Below, piece after piece: positions 26,973-38,599 of a stretch of DNA of 64,000 nucleotides. Under the pieces are notes generated by a model. The model made no database searches, was not told where the DNA came from, and was given only the letters and a program-made list of their open reading frames with translations. A program made the translations under genes and the position numbers. Location of the stretch: assembly GCA_951804945.1 (NCBI GenBank), contig OX638160.1, positions 27,342,001 through 27,406,000 on the forward strand, given 5' to 3'. The stretch's first letter is position 1. Each line of letters begins with the position of its first letter. This DNA comes from Podarcis cretensis. Its lineage: Eukaryota.

Positions 26973-27954
26973 TAAGTTTCCCCTTGAGCTTTACCTGTAG
27001 CATAGGCAACCCAGGAAGCCTAAAGAGTGCAGACCACTGCTGGTGAGGTGATTTGTATAATGAAATAACAGACATTCAAACAAAAACCCTCAGCCACTTC
27101 AAAAGGTGAGCGCACAACAAAAATTCCACCCTTGAAAATTTCACTGAATTTTTCACTGATTAATTTTGCATGCCGTTTTGTTTATTCGTGAGGTTCATTC
27201 ATTTAATTTCAGCAATTTATATGCCATTTAATCACTGAAGCCTGGAAGTGGTAAATATAAGAATCACAAAAATGCATATACTGGATGAAATCAGTTGCAA
27301 TTAATTATGAAAACAGAAAATTGATGGATAATGGCGGGGGTGGGGAAAATTGTTTTGACACAAAACTACACCCAGCCAAGCAAGCCCTGGAGCTGGTATG
27401 GCTAACTGGTTCCTATTCACTGCAATGTGAGGGGAAATAAGGGGGAAAGGCAAAGAGGGGAAGGAAAAGTCACGCTACGCATCTCAAGTAGGTCAGAATG
27501 GGTTTATGATGTGGTATTCCAGTGAATCTCCCTTACACACACACCACTACCACCATCACAGGATTTTTAGCAATATTAATAAATATTGCTAAAAAGGTTA
27601 CAATCTCTCTGCCTATCCATAATTACCCTACTAGTCATATACCCCTCCCCCTCCAACAGTGGGACCCTTTGCTCCTGCTTGATAGAAAATATAAGACAAA
27701 GAGTCCAGCAAAGAACCCTAAAGCCTTTATTTTTAGGCCTGTGGTTGATAAGGAGACTAAAGCAACTTAGGCGGGGAAAACAATGTCAACAGTTCACACA
27801 AAGTTTCTTTTCATGTTTAGGAAAAGCCAAGCAAGACTGAAACTATATAACTATGATGGGATTTTTTAAAAGAAGAAATGCACAATAAAGGCAGCCACAA
27901 CCTATACCTGACACATGGAAGGTCATTTCTAGGAGGTTTTAACGTATTGGAACT

Positions 27955-27959
<5 letters not shown>

Positions 27960-28010
<51 letters not shown>
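27960..28010 (+). repeat. (CA)n(GA)n compound microsatellite
   Basis: Direct inspection. Confidence 0.95.
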
Positions 28011-28011
<1 letters not shown>

Positions 28012-28920
28012 GCTATATTCATTCTTGCCCAAAGGCAGAGGATGGCATAGTTGCTTGGGGACTGCAATAGTAATTGCTCCTAAGAGGGAAAAGAAAACGT
28101 TCCCAATTGCCTTGAAAAGAAAGAAACATCTGAAGGACTCTTCAGGGCCATTCCAAGTTCAACTGAATGAAACCTTTAGCAAAGTGATGCTTTTATCCGA
28201 GAGTATTGCTGCAATCAACAGAAATGGACCTAGACGGAGACAAGCCAGGAGGAGAGACCGAGAGATGGCTATTGTGATGGGCATATCAGAACTGGGAGGG
28301 GAGGGGAATCAGCAAAAAACTTAAAAGAAAAGTAAAAGTAAAACACCAGGCAGTGAGTGTCTTCTCAGTTGTTCAGCATTTCTGCGCATACACTACTAGA
28401 CAACAGAGGAGAAAAGTGTAACACACCATTTATTCATTCATTCTGTGGAACTGGGCTATACTGGTTATTTTGCTACATTGTTGGCTAATGTAATTGAAGT
28501 ACACATAACAGAAACAGAAAGGGGAAATAAGACTTCTTCAGGGACCCATTAATTTCTTAAGGATAAAGTGTTTGAAGGTTCAAAGGCTTTGTTGAAGCTT
28601 ATTTTAAATTTAAAATTTTCACTGCCAGGGGATTGATTACTATTCTTGCTTTAGCTTTATCAAACAATAAGTTGATCCCTGTCCTTTCAAAATTTTATGG
28701 TACTGCTCTTAGTATATTCAGCTAATTCTTTGTTTTATTTTTTAAAGGGAGGGCTAACTTCTTATAATTATTTCAAGGACAGAATTTATTTATTTATTTA
28801 TTTATAAAATCCCTCTAAACTCTCAAGTTCTAAAAGCTGAGAAGCAATAAGGGTTCCTTCACATGGGGTAGATTCAATACATAGTATATTTGTGCATAGC
28901 TTTCCCTCTCTGGTACTAAT

Positions 28921-29483
28921 TGGACTTGGACTACTGCAACACACTCTACGTGGGGCTACCTTTGAAGGTGACCCGGAAACTGCAATTAATCCAGAATGCG
29001 GCAGCTAGACTGGTGACTGGGAGTGGCCACCGGGACCACATAACACCAGTTCTGAGAGATCTGCATTGGCTCCCAGTACGTTTCCGAGCACAATTCAAAG
29101 TGTTGGTGCTGACCTTTAAAGCCCTAAATGGCCTCGATCCTGTATACCTGAAGGAGCGTCTCCACCCCCATTGTTCAGCCCGGACACTGAGATCCAGCGC
29201 CGAAGGCCTTCTGGCGGTTCCCTCATTGCAAGAAGGAAGGTTACAGGGAACCAGACAGAGGGCCTTCTCGGTAGTGGCGCCCACCCTGTGGAACACCCAC
29301 CCTTCAGATGTGAAGGAAATAAGTAGCTATCCTATTTTTAAAAGACATCTGAAGGCAGCCCTGTTCAGGGAAGTTTTTAATATTTAACGCTGTATTGTTT
29401 TTAATACTTGATTGGGAGCCGCCCAGAGTGGCTAGGAAAACTCAGCCAGATGGGTGGGGTATAAATAATAAATTATTATTATT
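28921..29483 (+). mobile_element. L2 LINE, 5'-truncated (ORF2 C-terminus plus 3' UTR)
   Basis: ORF 28920-29387 reads LDYCNTLYVGLP...LQLIQNAAARLV...HITPVLRDLHWLPVRFRAQFKVLVLTFKALNG...RAFSVVAPTLWN, the L2-clade C-terminal signature. Uninterrupted frame; AT-rich tail. Confidence 0.95.
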
Positions 29484-32400
29484 GTCAGATGCAGTGGCAG
29501 ACCAAACACATCTAGATCATTTGTAATGTAATAATAATAAACTTTCCACTTGACAACCGGCAACTGAATATGTGAACTGACTCCAATGAATATATCGGGA
29601 GGGGTGGGGGGCTTCAGACATGCAAGTCATCACATGAAAAACATGATTGTGTGCACCCTGGCAGAACAAAATTTCTACCCCTTCCCTCCCACCAGTCATC
29701 ATAGATTTCCAAGTGCTGCTATTTTCACACTTTTCAGTTTCAGTAAAGTCTTTTGAACATGTCCAGCAGGTTCCATATGCTCTAAGGCTTTCAGAGCAAT
29801 CCCGCAAGTGTGCATATGGATGTTTTGCAGAAGAGGACAGTCCCATCCATTTCTATGGAGGAAGCAGCTCTTGTGACCTCCAGAGGAGCTCCATACCTGT
29901 ATTTTGCATCTGCAGCAAGTTGTTAGATCAGGCAGCCTGATCTGAATAATCTTAACGGTGACACTTCTTTCATTATTGGCTAATTGCTTTCTACTTTATC
30001 ACATCTTGTATAATATGGGGTTTAGCTGATAAAGTTAAGCACCAAGGTTCCGCCAGGTGAACATTAGGCATCTGCCATTAAAACGAATGAGAATGGAATG
30101 TGCTTAATCTTAGCTGGATTACACTCCGGTTAGTTATAGTTATATATGGTTAGTTATAGATATGCTCAAAAGGCTGTAATTCAGCCGTGTGATCCTATGC
30201 ATGTCTATTCAGAAGGAAGGCCCACTGGGTTCAACAGGACCTACTCTCACATAGGAGTATACATGATGGCTGCTTAGAAGTTGGATCCAACCTGTCAGTT
30301 ACACTTATGTCCCACTGAAATAAATGGGATTTAAGGGCAACTAAATTAGGTATGAAAATAATGAGAGCTTAAAAATCTAAAAGAATGTCTGCTTTGGAAT
30401 TCCCCCCCCCCCCCGCCCCCGGGACTAAAAAACAACAAAAATCAGTGAGGTTCCAAGTATATCATTGAACCAATACAAACTTACCAAAAGGACAGCCAAA
30501 TAGCTTAAGTGTGTGTGTGTGTGTGTGTAGTTTTGTACTATTTTGTTGTTGTTACATTAAACTATGCAGTTGTCATTTTCTAACATTTTAATGGCTTCTG
30601 GATAAATCTTCCTAACTCAATCGCCAAATGTTCCATTAAATAAATATGCATAGAATTTTCTGGCTAATCATCTGTCATCATGAGTTGAAGCCCACAGCTG
30701 CTAAGAAAGACATCTAATTGATGTTTCATCAGGCCTGGCTATTCTATTTACATAATTCTCTTACTGATCTTAATATAGATAGATAGATAGATATATAAAG
30801 AAGGATGCTAACGTAATGCCTCATTAAATGTAGAAAGCTAAAGAAACATTTCTAGTCACAGCTGGTGGCTGATGCATATTTTTCTTTTCTTAAAATGTGA
30901 TGGATCTTTGTTTAAATACATATATAAAGATATGTACATCCATGCATGTATATTATGCCTATATCTATGTCTATAAAATATGGGCATGTGGTATTCAAAT
31001 TGAGAGCTAAATAAACTAGCTCTTTAAATGAGCAAGAGAGATAAAACATGACCAAAAGAAATTCTAATCCATGGCTTTTTCCTTTGATTTTGTGCAGTGT
31101 TTTGATTAAAGAGAATGTCAGCTGCAGATAGAATTAAATCCATAGGAATTAATATGTTTTCCTAAAAAGCATATTAATTGCCTTTCTTTTTAAAACAGAA
31201 CTCTAATCACAAATTTGATAATACACCTTGTTAGTGCTCCATATGCAAATGTGTTTTAAAACAGTATTTATAGATTTTGGATTTGGGAGGTTCTCCTTAA
31301 GATCGGGAGAGATTGTTGAAAGTTTCAGTTTATCTGTAAAATTGTACTGCTAGTACTACAGCAAATATAACGGCAGTAGGAGTTAAGACTTGGGAAGTTG
31401 TTGTTTTTTATTTCAACCCCACCAATTAGAATTGGTTTTTGTAAACCACACTACCAGTATCAGTGCTGCTTAGGATATCTGTTTCCTGAGTATCAAGAAT
31501 GTGCTACAAGAGGGATGGGAAACCTGTGACTCTCAAGATGCTGTTTCAACTCCAACTTCCATCAGCCACAGACAGCATGGATAATGGTTAGGACTACAAC
31601 TTCCTCATCCCTGCCAGCTGTGGTTCATAGTGGGAGGGGGAAGCTGCACTGCGTTCACTGGGACAGGAATGGGGCAGTGCAAAGTAGGGGGAGCTATGGG
31701 TTGGAGAAACACCTTCCAGTGATGCCTTGCCTCACCTCATCCCTGTTCTGATGAGCACAGAATGTTATGTTGAGGTACACAAGACCACTAAATGCCCTTC
31801 CTTGGTAACGGGCCCCATAGGTTTCAGTTAAATCTTCCTTGAAGTGGAGTATTCTTAGAACTGCAACCTGACACTAAAGTTATTACATGGAAGTCAGTTT
31901 CGTTGCAGTCAATGGAGATGGTGAACCATAGATCTAAGAAATGAGAAAAAATGTAAGTTGATAGGAGAATGGTACAGGGAGCCCAAAAAGACATGTATTA
32001 CCATAGCAATGTGGCAGAATGATTTAGTATTCTAAACATGATGAAATCCTCTATTCAGTGCTCTCTTCAGTGAGGAAACATCCTCAAGGTCATATTTCAT
32101 GCATATTGCATGCATTTAGTATGCATTGTCTGATGAAATTCAGGATTTTTGTAGGCTGATGAACCCACACATTTTTTGTTTTACTTTTAACCTGTGGTTC
32201 ATTTCACAGATGTTGAGATATTTCCCTGCCTAGCTTCCCCCATCACACACTATCTATCTCAAAAATTAACCAGCATTCACAAATGAAAGTTTTTGAAGGA
32301 GGGGAATATTTATAGGGAGGTTATGTGCTAAGCAATTGCTGCCCACGCTTTCCAGTGCATTTACCCATCAGTTGCCTTACTGTAAAAAGTCGGATCTGAG

Positions 32401-32879
32401 GTGGTGAAGGGCGAAAGCAGGTTTTTTGCACAAAAGCACCAAATCAACTTCTATTACATAACGTGAATTTGCTGGTGATTGAATTTCACTTGAAAATAGC
32501 CCATAATCTGGAAGTGCCCCTTGTCTCTTAGGTGAGTACTCCTTAGGAAACCACATTTGGTCCTGGGCATCCAGTTTCTGATTCTTCCTATTTATAGAAC
32601 AGAAATTGTAGGGCTGATAATAATCTCTGATTCACGTCTTCCCCATGTCCAGGGTTCACAGAAGTAGTAGGGGAAAGGTCGGCTCTTAACTTTTTGCTGT
32701 TCCAAGCAATATGCAGTTAGCTAAGGCACAGCTTCCCTTTGATTCAAAATGGATTTTCAAACACTGTAAGCCTCGATTATGTATGAGCATATATGAATAT
32801 ATTGATTTCTGATAACTGATTATATGAATAGCATAGGGTTAGCCCTTCTTCCTTGCCTCAGTTTCAAAGCAGGGATAAA

Positions 32880-33103
32880 AAGGAACATAAATAAGAACAT
32901 GAGGAGAACACTGTTGGAACAAACCAAAGGCCCATCTAGCTCAGCATCCTGATCTTAGAAGGGTCAACCAGATGCTGATGGGGAGCCTGCAAACCGGACC
33001 TGAGTGCAACAGAACTCCCCCCCCCCCACTTGTGTTCCCCTTGTATACAAAAGCATCTTGCATCTGACAGTGGAAGAAGTGCAGTCATGATGCCCAGTAG
33101 CCT
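32880..33103 (-). mobile_element. CR1 LINE 3' fragment
   Basis: AAGAACATGAGGAGAAC..AAAGGCCCATCTAGCTCAGCATCCTG..CAACCAGATGC..GGACCTGAGTGCAAC. Confidence 0.65.
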
Positions 33104-35530
33104 TAGGAAGTGGGATTCTACAATGCCTGAAAAGAAGTGAGATGGTTGTAGATTAATCTGAAAACAAGCAGGGTGGTATCCCTCCCCACTACGATAACTG
33201 GTTTAAGCATATTAGCTCTGTGCTGGATGACAGAATATACAATTTACAGTATATGGGAGTTTCATTCTCCTGTACAATTGGCACCAGATGAAGACCTTAT
33301 ATTTCCTCAGATCTTTAATGTTTTAGCAGCTATATATTTTTGGTGCTAATCTTGCACTAATTTATTTCCCTCTTTCTTATTTATATGGGGTTATTGTTTT
33401 TTATTTCATACTGCTTGTGCATCTGTTGGTTTTTAGATTATGTGTGTTTAGCTGATGTTTAGTATTATATGTAGTTATATGTTGTTTGTGAACCGTAAGG
33501 GTTTTATACACATATACAACTTTTCATTGAAGTCATTGATAGCACTTTCTATTTCTCAACTGCAGGGAGCCTCAATGAGACCCAACCTACTGATTCATTT
33601 TTGGGGTAGCAAATACCTCATGTAATCTTATCACTTCCTTTCACAGTGGGAATCCATTTATATTTCCCATTGCTTAGAAACTCTGGCATCCATTTTTGGC
33701 CTCACGTAAGCATTAAATAGAGAAGGTACCACGTAAACATCTTAGCCACTTAGAACAGCACGTGGATAAGTTTGGTGCTTCAGGGGGCGGCAAGATTTAT
33801 TCTTTCTCTGCGCAAAGCATTTGGGGCTTCTGCGCTGTCCTTCAAGATTACTTTTCCATTCTGTGGGAAATTATGACATATTCAGTTCCTCCAGGTTGGT
33901 TGTTCAGGACGTTTGGGCCATGAAAGAATATCCATGTCAATCTATTAGCCCTCCTCTGGATACCCCCTATTGGGTCAACTTCAAAATGCCCAGCATGCTT
34001 CAGCTAGGAAACCAGTCCTTTAAGGTACAGGTGTCACACAGGTAGATTTGTACAACTACTCAGAGAACTGGCCTCCTTGTGATCTCAGCTACCAAAGGAA
34101 AACTTGAATAAGCCCTTTTATGCAACCATATTGCACTATTCCTCCAAAATTTTCAAAGCTACTGGATGGGGGGAGACCGTTGCTCTCATTTAACATAGAT
34201 AAAATGGAAGAAAAAAATGATTTATGCTTTGGGGTTTCCCAGATGTTGTGATATTGAGTACTGTAAAATTCAGGAAAAAAGCAACAAATTGTTCAACAAA
34301 TAACTCTAGAGCGAAGAAGATCAAGCTTATCAGACTTTACAAAATGATTTAATGTCAGGGTTAGGCAGACATCAGAAACATGCCATTAAGCTAAGCACTG
34401 ATTATTCACTGATGTAAGAGCTTGCATTTAATGTCAATGAAAGGAAACTGAAAATGTTGATGGTCTCCCTTAATATCCTGCTCCTTGTTTTATAAAATGA
34501 TGCAAGCCCACTGTTTTAATTCATTAAGTGTAATGCAGAAACAAAACCACACCATGCCATATTAAAGTAATTAATGAATTATTCAGTTCTGTCTTAGGAC
34601 TTCATGAGTTAATACACACAAAGCCTCTGACCCCCTATAACACGGAGGTTTTAGTGATTAAAGAGTCATCTTGGCATAAATAGGTCAAGAAGAAGAAAAA
34701 ACTCTGGAGCTTCTTTCCCCATCTAAACTATTTTCCTTAATTATAAAATGCTAGCAAAAGGAAGCAACGCAGACTCCTGAAACCCTATAAACTGCATATA
34801 GTCAGGCTCAGCATTCTTGGGATTTTCCAGATGTTGTCATGTTCAGAATTGTACAGTCAGCAGCACCCATTGCGTATTAACAACCAAGGGGTGAATCTTT
34901 AAGAGGGGGAGAAAAACTCTGAATAATTTAAAATGCCTGAGAAAGAACAAGAAAAGCGAACTCAGTTTGCCTGATATTGAAGGCAGCAAATTCTTATATA
35001 TTTCCTCCCAGTTGTCAAGGGTAGAATTATTATTAATTAAATTTCTATTCTGTCCTTCTTCCCAAAAGAGCCTAGGGCAGCAAACACCAAAGTGGTAAAA
35101 TAACACTATTAAAAGTAAAATAAAAACATATTTAAAACAACTAATAACAATTTAAAGCATCTAAAGACAATTAAAATTATCAAGAGCATCATGCTGGTCT
35201 TCTTAAAATAGGGCATGCCAGGGCTTAATGTGGAACACTGCAGTTGTCCTTAATCAACACAATGCTGTATGTGAAATCAGTACCTGAAGCTAAACTAGCC
35301 TTTCTTCTCTTACTGCAATGAAACCAGATCTCATGTTTCTCTCTTGTTGGATGTCTACTAAAAGCTGAATTTCTACAATCAATCCAGGGCAGAGCTGCTT
35401 CTTCTTCTTCTTCCTCTTCCAGCCCCATGGTAATTTAACAAGAACCACAGGAGAATCGGATGAATCATTTAGTCCAATTCTGGGCTCTCGTACAGGCTAA
35501 CTTATATGTTAAATATTCTATATCTCTGTT

Positions 35531-35665
35531 CAGGGCTTTTTTCAGCTGGAACTTACTGGAAATCAGTTCTGGTACCTCTTAGGTCGGCACCATGGCCATT
35601 CTAAGAGAACGAGGTAGGGGTTCATGGTGAGCTCTGGCACATCTCTTTCTATAAAACTAGCACTC
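35531..35665. mobile_element. hAT MITE
   Basis: Ends CAGGGCTTTTTT ... AAAACTAGCACTC; perfect 8-bp TSD TCTCTGTT (35523-35530, 35666-35673). Confidence 0.8.
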
Positions 35666-35841
35666 TCTCTGTTGTTCTTTAAATGTTACACTTCCATGCA
35701 TATTAAGAAATGGAATGGCAGCACATTCCTTAAATTGTGAGGTTCAGGATGTCACAAGTTTGCCACAAACTCTCTTTTCCAGGGATAGCATAACTAGATA
35801 TTATGTGCCATAATGATGGTTTTTCAGAAAGTTTACATGTC

Positions 35842-36023
35842 AGGAAGGATAGGAATATAAGCTGCTGCGAGACCACTGGTCTATCTTTTACCTCAGTATT
35901 GCCAACACTGACTGGCAGTGCCACTCCAGGGTTGCAGAAAGGAGTCTCCCAGCCCTAGCTGGAGATGTAAGAGAGTGAACCTGAGATCTTTTGCATGCGA
36001 AGCCCAGGCTTTACTACTGAGCA
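35842..36023 (-). mobile_element. Squam3-type SINE (old)
   Basis: AGGAATATAAGCTGC..GACCACTGGTCTATCT..ACACTGACTGGCAG..CTCCAGGG..GAACCTGAGATCTTTTGCATGC. Confidence 0.7.
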
Positions 36024-36104
36024 ATCCAACACTATTACTGGATGCTTAGGTGTGCTTTGGTATGTTCCCGCTCCAGACAGCTAAAGCCCCTGTTTGACAT
36101 AGAA

Positions 36105-36405
36105 CTTGGCCACTGCACTTTATGCACTGCTAACTTCCGGATTGGATTATTGCAACATGCTTTTATGTGGGGCTGCCCCTGAATATGACGTCAATTGAAA
36201 CAAAATGCAATTGCTACAAAAGGCAAAGACCAAATAACTGGCCAGGGTTCTATTTAGAACTCACGAAACCTGTTCTAAAACAGCTATACTGGTTGCTAGT
36301 TTGTTTCCACACCCAATTCAAGGTGCTCACATTAGTGTTTAAAGCCCTAAACAACTTAGGCCCCAAATATCTGCAAGATTGCTTCCATCCCTACAAACCC
36401 TGGGT
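36105..36405 (+). mobile_element. Old L2 LINE ORF2 fragment
   Basis: TTGGATTATTGCAAC (LDYCN) and PVLKQLYWL..QFKVLTLVFKALNNLGPKYL, with frameshifts. Confidence 0.8.
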
Positions 36406-36420
36406 GAAGTGTACCTAAGA

Positions 36421-36531
36421 AACCATAGAATCGTAGAGTTGGGACTTTATCAAGTTCAACCCCTTGCAATGCAAGAATCTTTTGCCCAACATGGGACTTG
36501 AACCCACAACCCTGAGATTAAGAGTCTTATG
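36421..36531 (-). mobile_element. tRNA-Lys-derived SINE with CR1-type tail (POM/SINE-like)
   Basis: Reverse complement CATAAGACTCTTAATCTCAGGGTTGTGGGTTCAAGTCCCATGTTGGGC matches the 3' two-thirds of tRNA-Lys(CTT). It is followed by AAAAGATTCTTGCATTGCAAGGGGTTG and a CAACTCTACGATTCTATG tail. Confidence 0.8.
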
Positions 36532-36953
36532 TGGCACTATTCTCGTACTCTTAATAAAAGTTGTAGATATATGCTTCCTTTGGAAGCAAGCAAGAACAGA
36601 TCTCTAACTTTATGGACACTTTAAAGGCAGATAGCATAGGATTTTCTTTTGCATTTTATTAAACTTGCACAACTATGGCTTATGTGTTAAGGTAAGTTAT
36701 CTTAAGAATTCATTGAAGTTTCCTGTTCTTTCTTCCGCCCTCCAGCAGCCACTGTGCTCTCTCCTACATTGGTCAGAAAAGTCCCCCAAACTTCTGGAGA
36801 GGCTTGGTTGGGGGGACGTTGTAGTGGGTTTGAAGGGGAAGAGGGGCCTGGAAACTTTCCTTCTGTGAACTTCCTTAACTTATCGTAAGCCTACATCTAG
36901 TGGTTTATATTGACAAATTCACATGTCATTACACTGACTTCTAGATGAAAATC

Positions 36954-36955
<2 letters not shown>

Positions 36956-36990
<35 letters not shown>
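36956..36990. repeat. (AT)n microsatellite
   Basis: Direct inspection. Confidence 0.95.
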
Positions 36991-36993
<3 letters not shown>

Positions 36994-37247
36994 GGGGGAT
37001 TCTTTGTCCATCACAGTACTCATTTACAGGCACGTCACTTTTCACAAACAGAATGTATCAAATAATCCAGCGAGTCATTACTCTCTTATTCTCTTTCACG
37101 ATACATTTCATTTGAGGCAAGATAATTGCACTTTCTACTCTTCTCATTAGTAAGCCTCTGCTGATGTTGGCTATTGAATTAATGAGAACAGGTGGCATTT
37201 GGTTTTCTTTTTCTTTCTCTTCACCACCCACCCCTTGAGCCTTTCTG

Positions 37248-37248
37248 A

Positions 37249-37291
<43 letters not shown>
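37248..37291 (+). repeat. (GT)n(GA)n compound microsatellite
   Basis: Direct inspection. Confidence 0.95.
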
Positions 37292-37486
37292 TCAGTCTAC
37301 CATTGCTTTGTTAATGGATAATCAGCTCAATTAGTAGAGACTTGACAGGTGCTATGCATGGCTAAATCACCTCCATTTCTTGTAATGAGCAGAAACACAC
37401 TGTATCTCAGACGTACAAATTATATTACCAACACAAAACTAAAGTGAACAGAGTTTAAAGTGCATGATGGGTGGTGGTATATATGT

Positions 37487-37490
<4 letters not shown>

Positions 37491-37523
<33 letters not shown>
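37491..37523 (+). repeat. (AC)n microsatellite
   Basis: Direct inspection. Confidence 0.95.
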
Positions 37524-37526
<3 letters not shown>

Positions 37527-37637
37527 TTTTTCCAAGGCCCTACATAGTCAACACCACAGTTTAAATTAAGCTGTGTACAGTGTAAATGTCAAACATAAAC
37601 TCCTCACTTCACTGATACTGTAAATATTGTAACCAGA

Positions 37638-37825
37638 GAAGGCCCTAGTTCAGTGAAAGAGCACATGCTGTGCATGTTCACCATCTAAGATTCATTCCTT
37701 GGCATCTATGGCAGAAAGGATGTCACATATTAAGGGCAGGAAATGAGGCCTTTGAGAGCAATTGCCATTCAAGGCAGCATTTGGCTGGGTGGATCTACTT
37801 GTCGAGCTGGATTGACAGTCTATAA
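37638..37825 (+). mobile_element. Old Squam3-type SINE hosting nested insertions
   Basis: GAAGGCCCTAGTTCAGTGAAAGAGCACATGCTGTGCATG..; its 3' end TATAAGGCAGCTT resumes after 38212. Confidence 0.6.
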
Positions 37826-38212
37826 CAGGTGTCCCCAAACTAAGGCCTGTGGGCCAGATAAGGCCCGAGGGACTTGTTTATCCAGCCCATGGCGACCCCC
37901 GCTGCCTGCTGCCACCACCTGCTCTTACCGGCGCTGCACTGCGCGGCTTTCCACTTTCGGGCGGGGGGGGGGAACTGGAACTAGCTTGTGCGCATGCACA
38001 AACGTTATTTGCGCATGAGCAAGCATTATTTCCTGTGCACATCCAGGTCCGAGGAGGCCCATGCACATGCACACAAGCTATTTCCAGTGCTCCTCTGACC
38101 CGGAAATAGCGTGTGTGCACGCGTATGGGCACGCGCTCCCCCGTCCTCCAGCCCGCTGTGCGATCGGCGCTGGAGACACTGGCCTGAGATGCGGTAAGTT
38201 TACTGACCCCTG
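37826..38212. mobile_element. hAT-Charlie-type non-autonomous transposon
   Basis: TIR CAGGTGTCCCCAAACT / AGTTTACTGACCCCTG; perfect TSD GTCTATAA; GC/CpG-rich palindromic interior. Confidence 0.9.
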
Positions 38213-38232
38213 GTCTATAAGGCAGCTTTGTA

Positions 38233-38599
38233 AAAAGGTAAAGGTAAAGGTACCCCTGCCCGTACGGGCCAGTCTTGACAGACTCTGGGGTTGTGCGCCC
38301 ATCTCACTTAAGAGGCCAGGGGCCAGCGCTGTCCGGAGACACTTCCGGGTCACGTGGCCAGCGTGACATCGCTGCTCTGGCGAGCCAGAGCCGCACACGG
38401 AAACGCCATTTACCTTCCCGCTGGTAAGCGGTCCCTATTTATCTACTTGCACCCGGAGGTGCTTTCGAACTGCTAGGTTGGCAGGCGCTGGGACCGAGCA
38501 GCGGGAGCGCACCCCACCGCAGGGATTCGAACCACCGACCTTTCGATCGGCAAGTCCTAGGTGCTGAGGCTTTAACCCACAGCGCCACCTGCGTCCCGG
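38233..38599 (-). mobile_element. Full-length Sauria SINE
   Basis: On the minus strand it starts GGGACGCAGGTGGCGCTGTGGGTTAAAGCC, has B box GGTTCGAATCC and ends in (ACCTTT)n. Perfect 16-bp TSD ATAAGGCAGCTTTGTA (38217-38232, 38600-38615); CpGs largely intact. Confidence 0.95.

Noticed and set aside
36480-36531. tRNA-Lys gene
   Set aside because: The 5' part is missing, it carries CpG-type mutations and it is fused to a SINE body and tail; it is a SINE head.
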